Assembly (NCBI GenBank): GCA_030265395.1
Contig: JARFYF010000104.1
Location: forward strand, 86,224,833-86,288,832
Source of the DNA: Rhina ancylostomus
Taxonomy: Eukaryota
Length of the DNA stretch: 64,000 bases
Reading direction: 5' to 3'
The translations under genes and the position numbers were made by a program. Below, piece by piece: positions 51,050 through 64,000 of this stretch (within the stretch, counting starts at the first letter, position 1; each line of letters starts with the position of its first letter). The notes below the pieces were generated by a model. That model saw only the letters and a program-made list of their open reading frames with translations, did not search any database and was not told where the DNA came from.

Positions 51050-53040
51050 AGTCAGAAATGTGCAATAGTTAAAGAGAATTGGATTGGCTACAGTCTCGGC
51101 AGATTCCCATTAGTGGAAAAGGGAGGGAGCCAAAACCAGAGACATCTGATGATGGTTTTAGGGGGCATTGTGAAACATAAAAAAAATTGGATATCATCTT
51201 GACAAGGGAAAAACAGGCTGAATATAAAATGCACATCAATTCAGAGAAGTGTGAAAAAGGATATAAGAAGGGCAAAGAGGACTGTGAGGATAGACTTGAT
51301 GCTAACTTAAAAGGGTATGCCAAGAATTTCTATTGGTTTATTAATAAAAGTGTTGTCATGGTAACAGTGGGGATGATTAGGGAAAAGTGGTCTAGCTGTT
51401 GATAGCAAGAGAAGTTAAAGGTAGCGTCAGTTCAAAGAAAAAGGCTGACAATATTGGCAAAAACTGCAGAAAGTACAAGAACTGAGAAGTTTTTCAGAAT
51501 TCAATGAAAGAGCAAGTCATTGATGAGGGAAGGGAAAGTTGAATATAAGCATAATCTACAAGAAACCTAAAAGTAAGCTGTAAAAGCTTCTATAGATATG
51601 TAAGAAGGAAAATATTAGAACAAGTTAATATGGGTCCTTTGTAGACTGAGATTGGGCAAATTCAACAAGGATTTATGAACTGAAAGAAATAAGCCAACTA
51701 AAAAAAATTGGAGAAATTAGGGGACTAAAAGATGATAAATCCCCAGGTTCTGACAACTTGTATCCTAAGTCCACTTTGGAGACAGTGGATGCAGTGGTTG
51801 TCATCTTCCAAAATTCCATCAATTCTAGCAGTTCCCACAGAGTGGNNNNNNNNNNNNNNNNNNNNNNNNNNNNNNNNNNNNNNNNNNNNNNNNNNNNNNN
51901 NNNNNNNNNNNNNNNNNNGGCGCCAACACACGACTACAATCCAATCAGCCTGACTATAATTCTAGGGAAATGTCGAATCTATTATTAAAAATATGGTAAC
52001 AGAGCACTTAGAAAATAATAGTGGGATCAGACAGTGCAGCGTAGATTTATGTTTGGCAAATCAGCTGAAGTTTTGAGTTTGTAACTAGCAAAATAAGTTG
52101 GCTGTTTTGGTGTATTTGGACTTTCAGAAAGCATTTGATCAGATGCCACTCAAGAAATTATTAAATACATTTTGAACACACAGTACTGAATGTAATATAT
52201 TAGTATGCCGGAAGATGTTAGTGGATAGAAATCAGAGAAGAGGCCTAAATGGTTAACGTTTGGGTTGGGACCCTGTGATTAGTGCGATTCCGCTGGAGCT
52301 GGTGTGGTGGCCTATTTCTTCACAATTGACATCTGTTGTTTGCATGAAGGGACCAAGTATAATCTGTTCAAGTTTGCTGATGATACAAAGATGGGTGGTG
52401 GCCAGTGCTGTGCAAATAGGCTTTGGGGGAGAGAGACTCAGTGAATCGGTGAGGGCTTGTAGGTGGATATAATATGGAAAAATATGAGGAAAAACACAGA
52501 GTATATTTTTAATTGGTGAGATGTTCAAAGGGATCTGAGTGTCCTTGTACACAAATCAATAAAAATTAACATTCAGGTGCAGAAAGCAATTAGGAAGGCA
52601 AATGGGATGTTGGTATTTATTACAAAAGAATTTGAGTGCAAAAGTAAAGACATATATTGCTGTAATTATAAAGGGCTCTGGCAAGTTTGCATCTGGAATA
52701 TTGTGTATGGGTCTGGACTCCCTACCAAAGGAAAGATTGAAGCAGTACAACAGAGGTTCACGAGATTGATTCCTTGGATGGAGCTTGTCCTGTGGGGAGA
52801 GATAAAGCAGATTGGGTTTTTACTCACTGGAGTTTAAGAGAATGAAAAGTGATCTCATTGAAGCATACATTTTTTTTATGGGGTTTGACAGTTTAGCTAC
52901 AGGAATAATGTTTCCTATGGTTGGGGTGTTTAGAAGTGGGGGGAGCGGGAGGGGCCTTACAATTTCAAATTAGGGTTGGGTTTTCAGTACTGAGATAAGA
53001 AGAAATTTCCTTACCCAAAGGATAAGGATTCAAGACGATT
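51050..53040 (+). mobile_element. CR1/HER1-like LINE, long degenerate ORF2 (probably two adjacent insertions)
   Basis: Motifs in order: KNFYWFINK, again KSFYRYVRRK, GLKDDKSPGSDNLYPK, VVIFQNS..VPTEW, DYNPISLTIILGK, VYLDFQKAFD, FKFADDTK (52373-52384), QKAIRKANGML, IEAVQQRFTRLIP. Many stops and frameshifts. Confidence 0.9.
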
Positions 53041-53099
53041 GTGGGTGTTTAGTCACAATAAATGATAACATTCTTTCAGCATTCCTAATTACTTACTAT

Positions 53100-53335
53100 A
53101 CCTGCGTATTAGTCACTTGTGAAACATGCACAAGGGCACCCAGATGTCTCTACATCTCAGAATTCTGCAATGTCTCACTATTTACGTAATATGCTTTATT
53201 ATTTTTCCTGTCAAAATGGACAATGACACAATTTCCCACATTCTACTCCATTTGCCAGATCTTTGCCCTTTCACCTAAGCTATCTATATCCCTTGGCCTC
53301 CTTTCGTCCTCTTCACAACTTGCTTTCCCACCTGT
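53100..53335 (-). mobile_element. CR1 RT fragment, antisense
   Basis: Minus strand reads QRDIDSLGERAKIWQME*NVGNCVIVHFDRKN, matching the CR1 pattern LQ.DIDRL.EWA..WQM.FNV.KC.V.HFG. Confidence 0.75.
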
Positions 53336-53499
53336 CATGATTGGATGAATCACTATTCTCTATGCTTTATTATTAATTGATTCAGTAATTGGGTCATATT
53401 AAGGTAGTACAACAAAGCTATCGTGTGTCCATATGGAGACAGAGAACAGAATTAAAATGCTGTATCATTGCTGTGTATGAACAATATAATTATTAATTC

Positions 53500-53787
53500 C
53501 ATCCTGTTGTAACCTTGCACCTTATTGTACTGCACTTTCTCTGTAGCTGTGACACTTTACTCTGTACTGTTATTATTTTTACCTGTACTACCTCAATGCA
53601 CTCTGNNNNNNNNNNNNNNNNNNNNNNNNNNNNNNNNNNNNNNNNNNNNNNNNNNNNNNNNNNNNNNNNNNNNNNNNNNNNNNNNNNNNNNNNNNNNNNN
53701 NNNNNTAATGAATTGACCTGTACGATCGGTATGCAAGACAAGTTTTTCACTGTACCTCGGTACAAGTGACAATAATAAACCTAAATC
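53500..53787 (+). mobile_element. Rex1/Babar-type LINE 3'UTR (contains an N gap)
   Basis: cttattgtactgcactttctctgtagctg..tttttcactgtacctcggtacaagtgacaataataaacc. The terminal gtgacaataataaacc parallels the end of the 1216-1466 element (gtgataataaacc). Confidence 0.6.
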
Positions 53788-55929
53788 TTACCATCATTTT
53801 TCTTTATACAATAAATTTAAAAAAAAATTCATTTGCGAATAAATACAATGTGCTCATAGCTAAACTTCAGTGGAGTAGAGCTGAAGTGTCTGTTCAAAAT
53901 CTTGAAGTAAAAATTTTAAAAATATGAATACAAATTACTAATTTGATGCATTTTGCATAAAGGATGCTGATATCACATCAGAGTTAAGCAATTAATTCTT
54001 TCTTAGAAGAGCCTTATAATGAGCAGAGTGCATAATAACCATTGAAAGTTGAGTTACAAACATATGTGTTATAAACATTGGCCTCCAGAAGATAAAAATG
54101 AGTAGGACAGGTAGAAAGAGTATCAGGCTACTAGACTGTGTGCTCATTTCCTTTCCTCACAGGCAAGCACATTGTTCACTGCCATAATAATATTTGTTCA
54201 TTGTGCTATGCAAGGAAGCTATATACGTTAGAACCAAGCTACTTAAATATTGTTAACCAATTAGTTTGCTGCATTATTTTCTTAGGAATCATGATATGTG
54301 AAACATCTGCATTTCTCTGTAAAATATACTCTTGCCAAGTGCGTTTATTTTGTTTTTCATGAAAAGCAGCCAAGATATAGGCCTTGGTCCTGTCGAATGA
54401 CTGAACCTGACGTGTTGTCATCTCAAGGCTGATGTGGGAGGCCTTTGTAATATCCATGTTAAATATCAGCTTCATTTTACACTATACAAGGTTACATTGC
54501 AAAAGTGATGTCATGGCAAGACTCAAGGGAATTCCTTTTGTTGTAGAAAGCTGCTTGGCATAGATGATGACTGTTCAGTGTTGGGGCTCAACTGAACTGA
54601 CAGAACATTAATTAGGTTGCCCGATAGCAGTGGAAAAGGTGGGGCCAGATGTTTGGCGTACCATCATTTCGCAATGTGTAGATATTTTGTGCCTTTCTCA
54701 GCTGAACAATGGTAGTTTGCTGATAAATATCTGACTGCCAGTTATGAAGGGAACCCTGACTTTCAATAGGGGTGTGGAAATCCAGAAAGAGAATTGACTT
54801 TTGGCAGATCGACTGTCATTAATAATTAGCCTCACCTGATTTCAATACAAGTGCTACATATTGCAGTGTTCATGGCCAATGATCAAGGCATGCCCATGTG
54901 CTGTTAGAAGTTAAGATTTGAAGATTTCTTCATAAAGTTATATTGGTCACTAAATAAAGTTAATATATCTCCCTCTTACAGACACACACATGCATGCGTG
55001 TGTGCGGATTAGTTGCCATGCAAATGTGCTAGAACTGTTTCCTTATGAACTCAGTAAACACTATGTCCAACCATAGTCCCTGAGAAATGGTAATGTCTTC
55101 ACTTTACCTACAGTACATTTCAAAGTGCCCATTCCCTATGCATCAATATCAGCTGCAGTCTACATTTTCAAAGTAAAAATTCACAATATTGCGCAGTTAC
55201 TTATCAAAAGGGTCTGTCCCATTCTTCCTTGTATCCATATATTTACCAGGAAGGGCCAATAGATAATATTCAGGAGTGGTACTTGATTACATGGACCAAT
55301 TCTGGTATCATTATCTTTACCCCATCAATTCATCACTGGCTTAGGATCTGAACTTTAACCTTCAGTCTGTGTGGTTCAGTTTTATACCAGGCAGTACATT
55401 TGTTACATGAATTATCAGGGCTCTGGCGGATATGGTGTCTATTGAGTTCATGAGGAAATAATTCTAGCACATCTGCACAGAGTTGATTAAATCTACTTTC
55501 TCTAAACTGGCGATTCCTCAGACATTGTGGGTCATCATCAGTGACAGAATTAGACTCCATCAGTCTAAGTTAAAGGCTCAACATAATTCTTCGTTCTCCA
55601 ATTCCCGTCCACAATGTTTTGTTATGGGGAAGCGAAGAACATCAGGAGTAGCTAACTAAAGATGAGATACCAAGCTAGTGAAGCTACTACACAAGACTGC
55701 ATGAGTTCTAAATGACAACAACAAACAGTAAATACCAAGTGATCTTACAACTGACAGGTCAAACCAAAGCTAAACATTCCTGCCACATCCATTTTTGAAT
55801 GTTGGTGGATACTAAAACATCTGGCAGAAGAAAGAAAAACCATAGAGATCTCCATCCTCAGTGAGGGCAGAAATTAGTATGCATGTGCATAAAGCAAACC
55901 ATTTGTAACCAGTTATAGCCAGAAGTGCT

Positions 55930-57372
55930 CAGTAGATGAGCCAGGCCTCCCATTGTTATGTCCGTCATCACTGAAGCCAGTCTTCAGTGAATTCGCTGCC
56001 CTCCATGTGATACAGCAATAACTATGGGCCCTGAGAATACCTTAGTGTGGAGCTGAAGACAAGTGTCTCTGGTCAAACTATTCCTGAGAAGTTCCAATAC
56101 GTGGTATCTAGTTGAAAATGTTTTTTACATGCTCCTACAGTATGTTGATGTCATTGATGAGACCAGCACTTATTCCCTGATCTCTAATGCCCTTGAGAAG
56201 GCGGTGGTGACCAATCTTCTGAGTGATAGCAAACCTTCTGGTGAGGGTGTAATATCCAAGTACGTGCGATCAGGAAATGCAGAGCAAACCTGTTCCAGCC
56301 AATTAATTACCTTGAGTCAATCCTGGATCATCTACAAAAAGGCGGAAGGTGTCAATGAATTTGTTACCAAATGATATGGTGCTCAGCACTATTTAATTTT
56401 GGTTTCATGAGGACCTTTTGGCTCCTAACTGCATTACAGCCTTGACATAAATGTGGGCAAAGTGTTAGATTTCAAAGAAGACTTGGGAGACACTACTGTT
56501 GACATCTAAGTTGGCATGGAGGAACTGTAGAAAACTAGAAATCAATGAGAATTGAGGAGACAATTTTCCCCCTTTTCTGCAGGAGTCTTAGCAAAATGAA
56601 GATTGTTCTGATTGTTGGAGACTAATCATTCCAGCCTAGGAGTTCTTCTAACCAGTGTCCAATGCCCAACCAACTTTGCTCATCAATGACCTTTCCTCTA
56701 CTAAAAGTCAGGCATCAAGATATTCGCTGATGATTACAGTGTTCAACTCTATTTACAAATCCACAAAAATTGAAGCAGTCTGTGCCCCATGCTAGAAGAT
56801 CTCAGCAGCATGAGTGGCAAGTAACATTCACATCACACAAGTGCCAGGCATTCTCCTGTCTTCTGACTCCCCAAAGTCTTTCACCACCTCCATGATACAA
56901 GTTAGAAGTGTGACGGAATACTCTCCAGTTGCTTGAATGATTGCAGCCTCAATGATACTCAAGGAGCTGGACACCATCCAGGGCCAAACAGCCTGCTTCA
57001 TTGGCATCTAATCTACCCACCCTGAAAATTCACTTGCTTCATTTCTGTGGCTGTGGTATGTACCATCTGCAAAATGCACTGCCACAGCTCACTGAGGCTT
57101 TTTGACAGAAGCCCCCTAAACCTCTGAAAAACAAGCGAACAGGCACATGGGTCACCACCATCCACATGCACACTCTAAGTGATAAACCCATCCTGATTTG
57201 GAAATATATACATTGTCACTGGGTCAGAATCCTAGAACCTCTTAGCACACAGCTCTGTGAGGTTCTCTGTGAACACATGTCTTAAGAACTATCACCTTCT
57301 CAAGGGATGCTAGGCATAGACATTCCATGCTGGCATTGCCAACAATAACCATGTCTGATGAATGAATAAAAA
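55930..57372 (+). mobile_element. CR1/L2-group LINE family B, about 1.4 kb degenerate RT plus 3' tail
   Basis: Reads TMGPEN, KLF..S.NT, PAN..I..K..EGV, FGF..APNCITAL..W, TVDI, KIFADD (56723-56734) and KELDTIQGQTACFIG. Tail caccttctcaaggga..atgctggcattgcc..gaatgaataaaaaa. Confidence 0.8.
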
Positions 57373-58597
57373 AGCTTTAGCCACATTCTATACCGAATAA
57401 TAATGCTTCCACTGAATGAAAGAATCAGTATATATCAATGCTGCACTATATTTTCTGAGGTTGGATGACTCATTCCTAAACAAGTAAGGCAGCCAAAGCA
57501 ACAAATTATTATGATCTAGACACTGTTTAATCATTGTTTTTTGAGTAGGAAAATCAAGCTCTAATTAGTAATAAATGCTGCAGGATTTACTGCTATTTAG
57601 TTTGAGAATCATGGCTTCTCACCCGAGTTACTGTGAGAGCTACTTCCTAACACTTGCTGTTGACTAATAGTTTTATTAACTTTCATTAGCTTTTAATGTG
57701 GATGTTTTTCATAATGAATAGGCTTACTGATATCCTCATGATCGTCCTCGTAACATTCAGCTCTGAATGTGGCATAAATTCATTTCTGGCAATTGAAACA
57801 AATATATTAATGTTAAGGAAAGGATTGTCATCCACAATCCTAAATAAATTTTAAGGAAATAATTTTCTGACCAGATTTATAAAATTATGTAAACTTTTAT
57901 TGAACAAAATAAGAGCAGCATTTAAAGACACCCACAGTCGAGTATAAAAGGAGAGGTTGAAGTATGTGTGGGAATAACCAGTAAACAATTTATGCTGATA
58001 AAATGGTAATGAGATTAGCTCAGTGAAATCAAAAATGGGAACAGTGGTAAAAACCTGGATTTTTTTTTACAATAAAAAACATCTTTAGGGAATTTCAGAT
58101 TAATACGTTCATTTGAGAATTGCACATATGAACCTCCTCAGCCCACCTTATCGTAAAAAGTCGAGTTTGTTTTCTTTGGTAACGGAAAGCAGCCACTTTG
58201 CTTGTAAGCATGAATTTCTGGCTTGCATGGTTGTTATTGTTGAGACCTTTATGGAGTGTTAGTCACAGCATTTTTCTGCTAAACAGATGGCAGTTATGTT
58301 TATTCAGCAGGGCAAAGGCTGAAATAAAATGATTCACAGGCAGATTGATTGTTCACTTTATACTGCATTTTTGTAGGAATTGAACAAAAAATTATGGCTC
58401 AAATTTTTTTTTGACTCCAATGTAACAGGAGTCCAATCTAAACATATCTGCTAAGAAACAAATGAAACCTGATTAGCTTCACTGAAGGGAAGTATCACAT
58501 TCCAAAGGGATTGCATTTAGTCTCCTTGTCTTGAGGAACCCCAACATACTCATTCTTCCAGGGAAAAAGCAGGTTGTATCTGATCCATTTATGGTGT

Positions 58598-59024
58598 TAG
58601 TCATAGTGTAGTAGCATAATGTATCTGAGAGAGAAGGTTGTGGGTTCAAGCTGCCTTCCAGAGATTTGAGCATCAGAGAATAAATTGACACTCAATTTTC
58701 AGGCAAGAATATTCAGATGATATGTTAAAATGAGACCTGGTTGTTCTCTCAGTTCATGTAAATATTACCCTGGTGCTACTTCAAAGAAGAGCAGGGAGTT
58801 AATGTTTGTGGCCTGGCCAACCAATTTTTATCTCAACCAAGGACTGTCATCAATCCTTCTGCTCATTATAAGTGCTATCTGTGGGAGCTTGCTGTGATCA
58901 AATTGTCTACAATGTTTTCTACGTTAAAGCTGTGATGAAATTTAACAAGTATTTCATTGGGTATAAGGTGCTGTAGAGTGATCTGAGGTTGTGAAAAATT
59001 CTGTAAAAATGCAAGTCTTTCTTT
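58598..59024 (+). mobile_element. Deu-domain SINE, near full length
   Basis: B box in gaaggttgtgggttcaag, core ttcaaagaagagcagggag..cctggccaa..tgtgggagcttgctgtg..aaattg, tail aaatgcaagtctttcttt. Confidence 0.75.
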
Positions 59025-59074
59025 AAGTGAATTAAAATATATCACTTCCTTCATCAATGCTGGCTCTAGATGCT

Positions 59075-59230
59075 GAAACTTCTTCCCAACAACATTGTGA
59101 ATCTAGCTTCATCTGAAGAGCTGCAATGTTTCAGGAAGGTGATTCACCGTCACCTTCCAAAGGCTACTTGGGGATGGACAATAAATGCTGGCCTTGCCAA
59201 TGATGTCCACTTCCTGTAAAATGAATAAAT
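59075..59230 (+). mobile_element. LINE family B 3' stub
   Basis: ctgcaatgtttcaggaaggtgattcaccgtcaccttccaaagg..gggatggacaataaatgctggccttgccaatgatgtccac..gaataaat. Confidence 0.7.
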
Positions 59231-59651
59231 ATGATTTAATTTTTAAAAGCTAGACATGTTTGAGAAAATGTCAGTCATGCACAACTCAGGAGCAAAGCTG
59301 ATTAATGAAAATGAAAGAGCAGAAAATAATGCAGTCTTTTACAAGGATTATGATTAATCATTTATGACTACAAAACAACAGTGGTTATTGTCCACTGATT
59401 GTATTTCCCCACCTGAGCAATGTTTCAGGTTGAATAAGAAGGCACCCAAGCTTCATGTTACTGGGTTGAGCTTTCAAGCCTGCATTTTCATCTGAGGGGT
59501 GTCCATTCCGAAGTCATAACACCATCTGTATCAATTCTTGCCCAGTCTTTTGTTACCATTGATGCTCTGTTGGTTGGCCCCCATCTGCTCAGCCCTCTCC
59601 CCACCTCATAGAATAGTGTGGTGGTTATTTTACCATGCCCAAACAAGAACC

Positions 59652-59898
59652 CCTATGATAGTGTAATGACTATTCACTGNNNNNNNNNNNNNNNNNNNNN
59701 NNNTTGAAATCTCACAATCATAATTTGAGTATTTGAATCCAGTTGTAACATTCGGGGAAAGAAATGGAACAGTAAAAGTATCATGCAGTAATCATGATCG
59801 TTGTAAAAATCCAGTTGGTTTACTGATGTTCTGAAGTAGGAAGCCTGGCATCCTTGAGCAGTCTGACCTAAGTGTCACTCCAATCCCACATCAATGTT
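59652..59898 (+). mobile_element. SINE family A, partial
   Basis: gatcgttgtaaaaatccagttggtttactgatgtt..catccttg..gtctgaccta..actcc matches the middle of the 2041 and 32289 copies. Confidence 0.55.
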
Positions 59899-62800
59899 CT
59901 CAACAACATAGCTGTTTCTTGAACAGAGTCACTTCCAATCTTGGCTCTCCAGTCATTTCTAAAACTAGTTATTTGTCAGGTCATTCCATACTGATCATGT
60001 AGGAGGTATATTTTAACTCGATTCATGTTTCTAAGATGTGCCTCAGCCTCATTTAATACCAGCAAGCTCTGTCATGCAATAACAAGAGCTGAGGCATTGT
60101 GCCCTCAAGATACTGTTTTGTGCCAAAATGTTTCTTGTGCTAATAAACTCCCAGGTATTCGAGTTGTCAACTATCAAGTCTAGTTGCACTGGATGCTTTG
60201 AAAGCTCTTAGTACCCGTGCCTGGTAGAGACTAATTTGTTTCAGTGAGAGGAGATGAATTTGAGAATGAGCTTTTGGGTAACAAATATACTTCACACTGT
60301 TTCAACCCATCTGCTTCTTTTAGAGTTTAATCGCTTTGCATTATGATTCATGTCACAGACCAAAATGCATGTAGGAAAAGGGCAGCAACTCTCCTCCCTA
60401 AGCATCCTGACTATGCTGTTGAAAGACATGTTAACAAAGAAGGGCTAAATACGTCATTTCAAACATGCTCTTTAGTACTGTAATGCCTGAATGTGATATA
60501 ACTTCAACCCTACAGTTATTGTTTTACCGCTGGCACAAAACTCTCAGTTGTCCTGCAAGCCGCCACCCTTCAGTTACATTTCCGAAGAATTAATGTTGAA
60601 TGGCTTTAACCGTGTCTCACCAGGCTACGTGGATGATTATTGCAAAGGATCCAGACATTGTGTCTCCATGGGTTACCGACATGAACAAATATTTGAATGT
60701 TGTGTGGGCAGTTAACAGCTACATCCTCATTCAAAGAAAAATGGGGAAAGGATAGCTGAAATGATGTGACTTCCACTTCATTAAATGTCTTGTCCATCAG
60801 GCAGAACAAAAGCTTTGATCAAAATTAAATCCAAGTTGAAATGTCCACCCTTAGCCAGGTATTACAATGAAGAAAGCTGAGCCTCTTAGTCCTAAGACCC
60901 CTGCTGTTGACAAGGGAACTCAGCAGAGAGTCCAAGTTTGCAAGGTAATACATTTAAAATATTGAAAATAATTTGTTGAGAGCAGTTTGGATTTCTATTT
61001 GCACGCATTTCTATGGAACTTTTCTGGTTAAGTGGTAAAATTGAAAGGACCGTACAGTACTTGCTTTAAACTGCCGGTGTAGTAAACCTCAACGGATCAT
61101 ATTATTGCTAGAGATTTGGACTCGTTTTCATGATTATGTACTTTTTTTATCTTTTACCCCAGCAAATTGCCCTGCAAGATTTGCTATTTCAGTTTACTGT
61201 CAAGTAACTCTGTTTTATCTTGTAGGTTTACTTTGAAAGCTCTAGTACATCTTGATGTCTTGTACAATTATTTGCGAGAAGTCCTATTTCAAGAACGTTG
61301 TAATTTTCACAGTAGAAATATTTATAAACTGTAAGAGCCAACCAGGAATAGTGACTGCTAAACAGTTCTATGTGTGTATACAGCTTTACTTTTATAGCAA
61401 AACATAGCCATTAAACCAGGATTCCTTAATTTCTGAGTTGTCTTCTGAGCTTTTTCAATGTTCTTTGTTAGTAGAGTTAGTACCATGTTAGTTGTCTGGT
61501 TTTAATAAACATGCTATATTTCCTCAAAATGTTAGTAGATAATTTAATGGATTAACTGACTATTCATTATGCAGAAATGTAAAAGCACCTGTGCTGGGTT
61601 AAACTGATCTTGCTTTGGAATGTCTGTGGGGATTTTACATTCGATCACAGTTTCTCTGGGGATAACATCATGTAACTGCTACATTGGTCGTAGATTTCTT
61701 TTAAGCAGAATCGAGGAGAGTAAATTATTATAAGCCTGCCTGTTCAGCAGAACCTTCTTTATCATATCATCATTTTTGAAAGGGCAGGCAATGAATAATA
61801 CTACTCTGATAGCAACTTGTCAATCAGTCAATTCAGCAAGATCTGTATGGTTTACAAACTGCAAATAAATTAGCCAAGGCTTGCTGTTATTGTGGAGTCC
61901 AGATGCCTTTGGGCAAGACAGGAGTTCTGCCTTTCAAAAGGATGCACCTCTGACCTCATTGATTTTTTTTGTGCGTGTGGTCAGGAGAATTTGCATTTTT
62001 TGAGATGGTCTCCTTGGTTTACACCAAATCCTTCTGAAAGGGGAGGGGCAGGAGAACAGTTGTGAAAGGCTTTGGAGGCCTGCTGTGCCATTGTGGCTGG
62101 CAGCTTCTGTAATGCTATTCAGTGCTTTTAAAGTTGAATTTTTTAAAAAGAAAGGTGCCTATGTGTTCAATTGACTGCCCTGTGAATGATTTCATAGTTT
62201 TTTTTGGCCTGTTCAAATTTGAATAGTCCTTTTGCCACATGTATCACTGGGATTCGGGGACGAACAGTTGACCCAACTCCTGTCATGTGTGCTGTTGTTA
62301 TCAATGGGCATATTTTAATATTTTCCAAATGCTGGCAGTGCACCATGAAATGTTTCAGCCATTATTTGCAACACAACAAATGTAAAATCCTGTTGTTTGT
62401 TTTTCTCTATACAAATTGAATGTTTGATCCAAAGGAGTTTACTATTATCAGGCGATATCTTTTAACGAAAATCAAACTAGATGTCCTTGATACACGTAAG
62501 ACTGAAAAGAAGTAATAGTTTCTCTGCTTCTGTTGGGAGTAGTTCTTCCTCATTTTGTGCAAAGTCTGCCAGAATTACTACATGGTTTGTGCAGCTTCTG
62601 CAAGATGTTTGAAAGGCTGGGAATTGGGGAGTAGCAGTTTACACCAGCCTGTGAGGTGACTTGCTCTTGATGGGTCGTTGGGAGGAAGCCAATCCTCAGC
62701 AGAATCCTACTCTCTGGGTTTACAAGCTGTCAGTGCTATTGACTGTTGTGTCTTGTGACATTTTGCCAAAGCTCTGTCATAAAATCTCGCAATCCATAAA

Positions 62801-64000
62801 GGAAAGTGTCAATGGGAAATGTCAATCCTCTACCAAGGTTGCAATCTGGCTCTGACATCAAAGTTGATGTGTACCGACCTTGCCAGTAACAATTCAAAAA
62901 TACAGTGAATCCTTTTTGGAAAAATGTATTTGTTATTAAAGAATGTTTTTTGATCGAGATTTTTAATCAGAGAGAGACAGAGCAGCCAATGCGTTTGCTG
63001 AAAGTTGAGTTACAATGGAGAATATTATCAGCCAGGTTGGCTCCAGCAAGTTTTTTTAATTGAGCTGAATCTCATCCGTGACCCAGTTGATGCTCAACCC
63101 TCCTTGTGTTTAGAACCTCAGGTGGTAACTGGCGTCACACCCACTTGAAGTTATAGTTTGTCAGTGATCACATTAAGGGACGATGCTGTCAGATCCCCTG
63201 TTCCTAGCAATGAGTTTGTTTTAGCTTGATCACTGTTGCCAATTATGAATCAATGAAACTTGGCGTGTTGTAAATACCATCTAAGTTCGGGTCCACCCGG
63301 GTATAAAATTAAGGCTGGACCCAACCAAGGCTGCTCTAAATCCCCACTGAACCCAAGGGCCTAAATTTTTTTCCATACACAGATGACAATAATTTACTTA
63401 GTTGTGTTTTGCTAATACAGAAATTATATCTTTTCAGTGTGTACCCTTTCTTAGGTAATCATGTTGGGATTAAGAATGACTTGCGTTCATTTTGGTTTTG
63501 TGGTTCTGAAACAGCCAATGAGACCAATGTGGGGCCTGCAGACTGTTCCACAGATGGGGCAGGATATCCCTGATGCGGCAGGCAGGTAGTTGGTGAGGTG
63601 ATGCACTCCTGCCACTTATGCTGGGGTTCCTGAACCAACACCATTCCAAATTGACCATCTTTGAACAATCAATGGTCAGGGATTCCCAAGAGCCAGTGGG
63701 GATGTTGCATGTTTTTCAAAGAGGCTTTGGGCACTTTAACTTTGTCGTTTGTGGTTGAAAGTATGTTTCAGTATCACACCAAAGAGGTCATATGTAATGT
63801 ATAATGTTAGTCATCATCAGCCATGGGAGTCATCACAACTGAGATTGACTTAGTAAATACTTCCACTGCAAATCACTGAATGACCCAGTGACACAGAGGT
63901 CAACTGCAATGACCCATCAGCAGCCTAACAGCAATTGCAGAAGTGACCAAGAATTGAATCTATGAATTTCCTGGTTGACACTGAAACACATTTATTCGTT

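Noticed and set aside
60573-60716. Open frame YISEELMLNGFNRVSPGYVDDYCKG..
   Set aside because: The peptide is short and unrecognised, and has no evidence of being an exon.
1-64000. Prokaryotic systems (operons, CRISPR, defence loci) or known miRNA/snoRNA genes
   Set aside because: The sequence is eukaryotic repeat-rich non-coding DNA, with no repeat-spacer array and no mature small-RNA sequence recognised by eye.

Overview
This 64 kb window is AT-rich, CpG-poor vertebrate DNA with about a dozen N-gaps and no recognisable host protein-coding gene, tRNA or rRNA. The ORF track consists of short chance ORFs, gap-spanning ORFs and frameshifted retroelement fragments. The repeats (HE1-like V-SINE, Deu-domain SINEs, CR1/HER1-like, L2, RTE, Rex1/Babar, Penelope-like and hAT fossils) point to a cartilaginous fish, probably a ray or skate relative. 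The window is most likely part of a large intron or a gene desert. The most interesting signal is a set of about 10 Penelope-like pseudo-LTR copies carrying degenerate minimal type I hammerhead-ribozyme motifs with recurring non-canonical cores. It includes a head-to-tail pair 348 nt apart (retrozyme-like architecture) and fold-back miniatures whose junctions lie at or beside the hammerhead. Other observations are three SINE/LINE shared-tail pairs, an old local duplication, a hAT transposase fossil and candidate homeodomain/TALE enhancers. All family assignments come from by-eye motif and translation recognition, with no database search, and boundaries are approximate.
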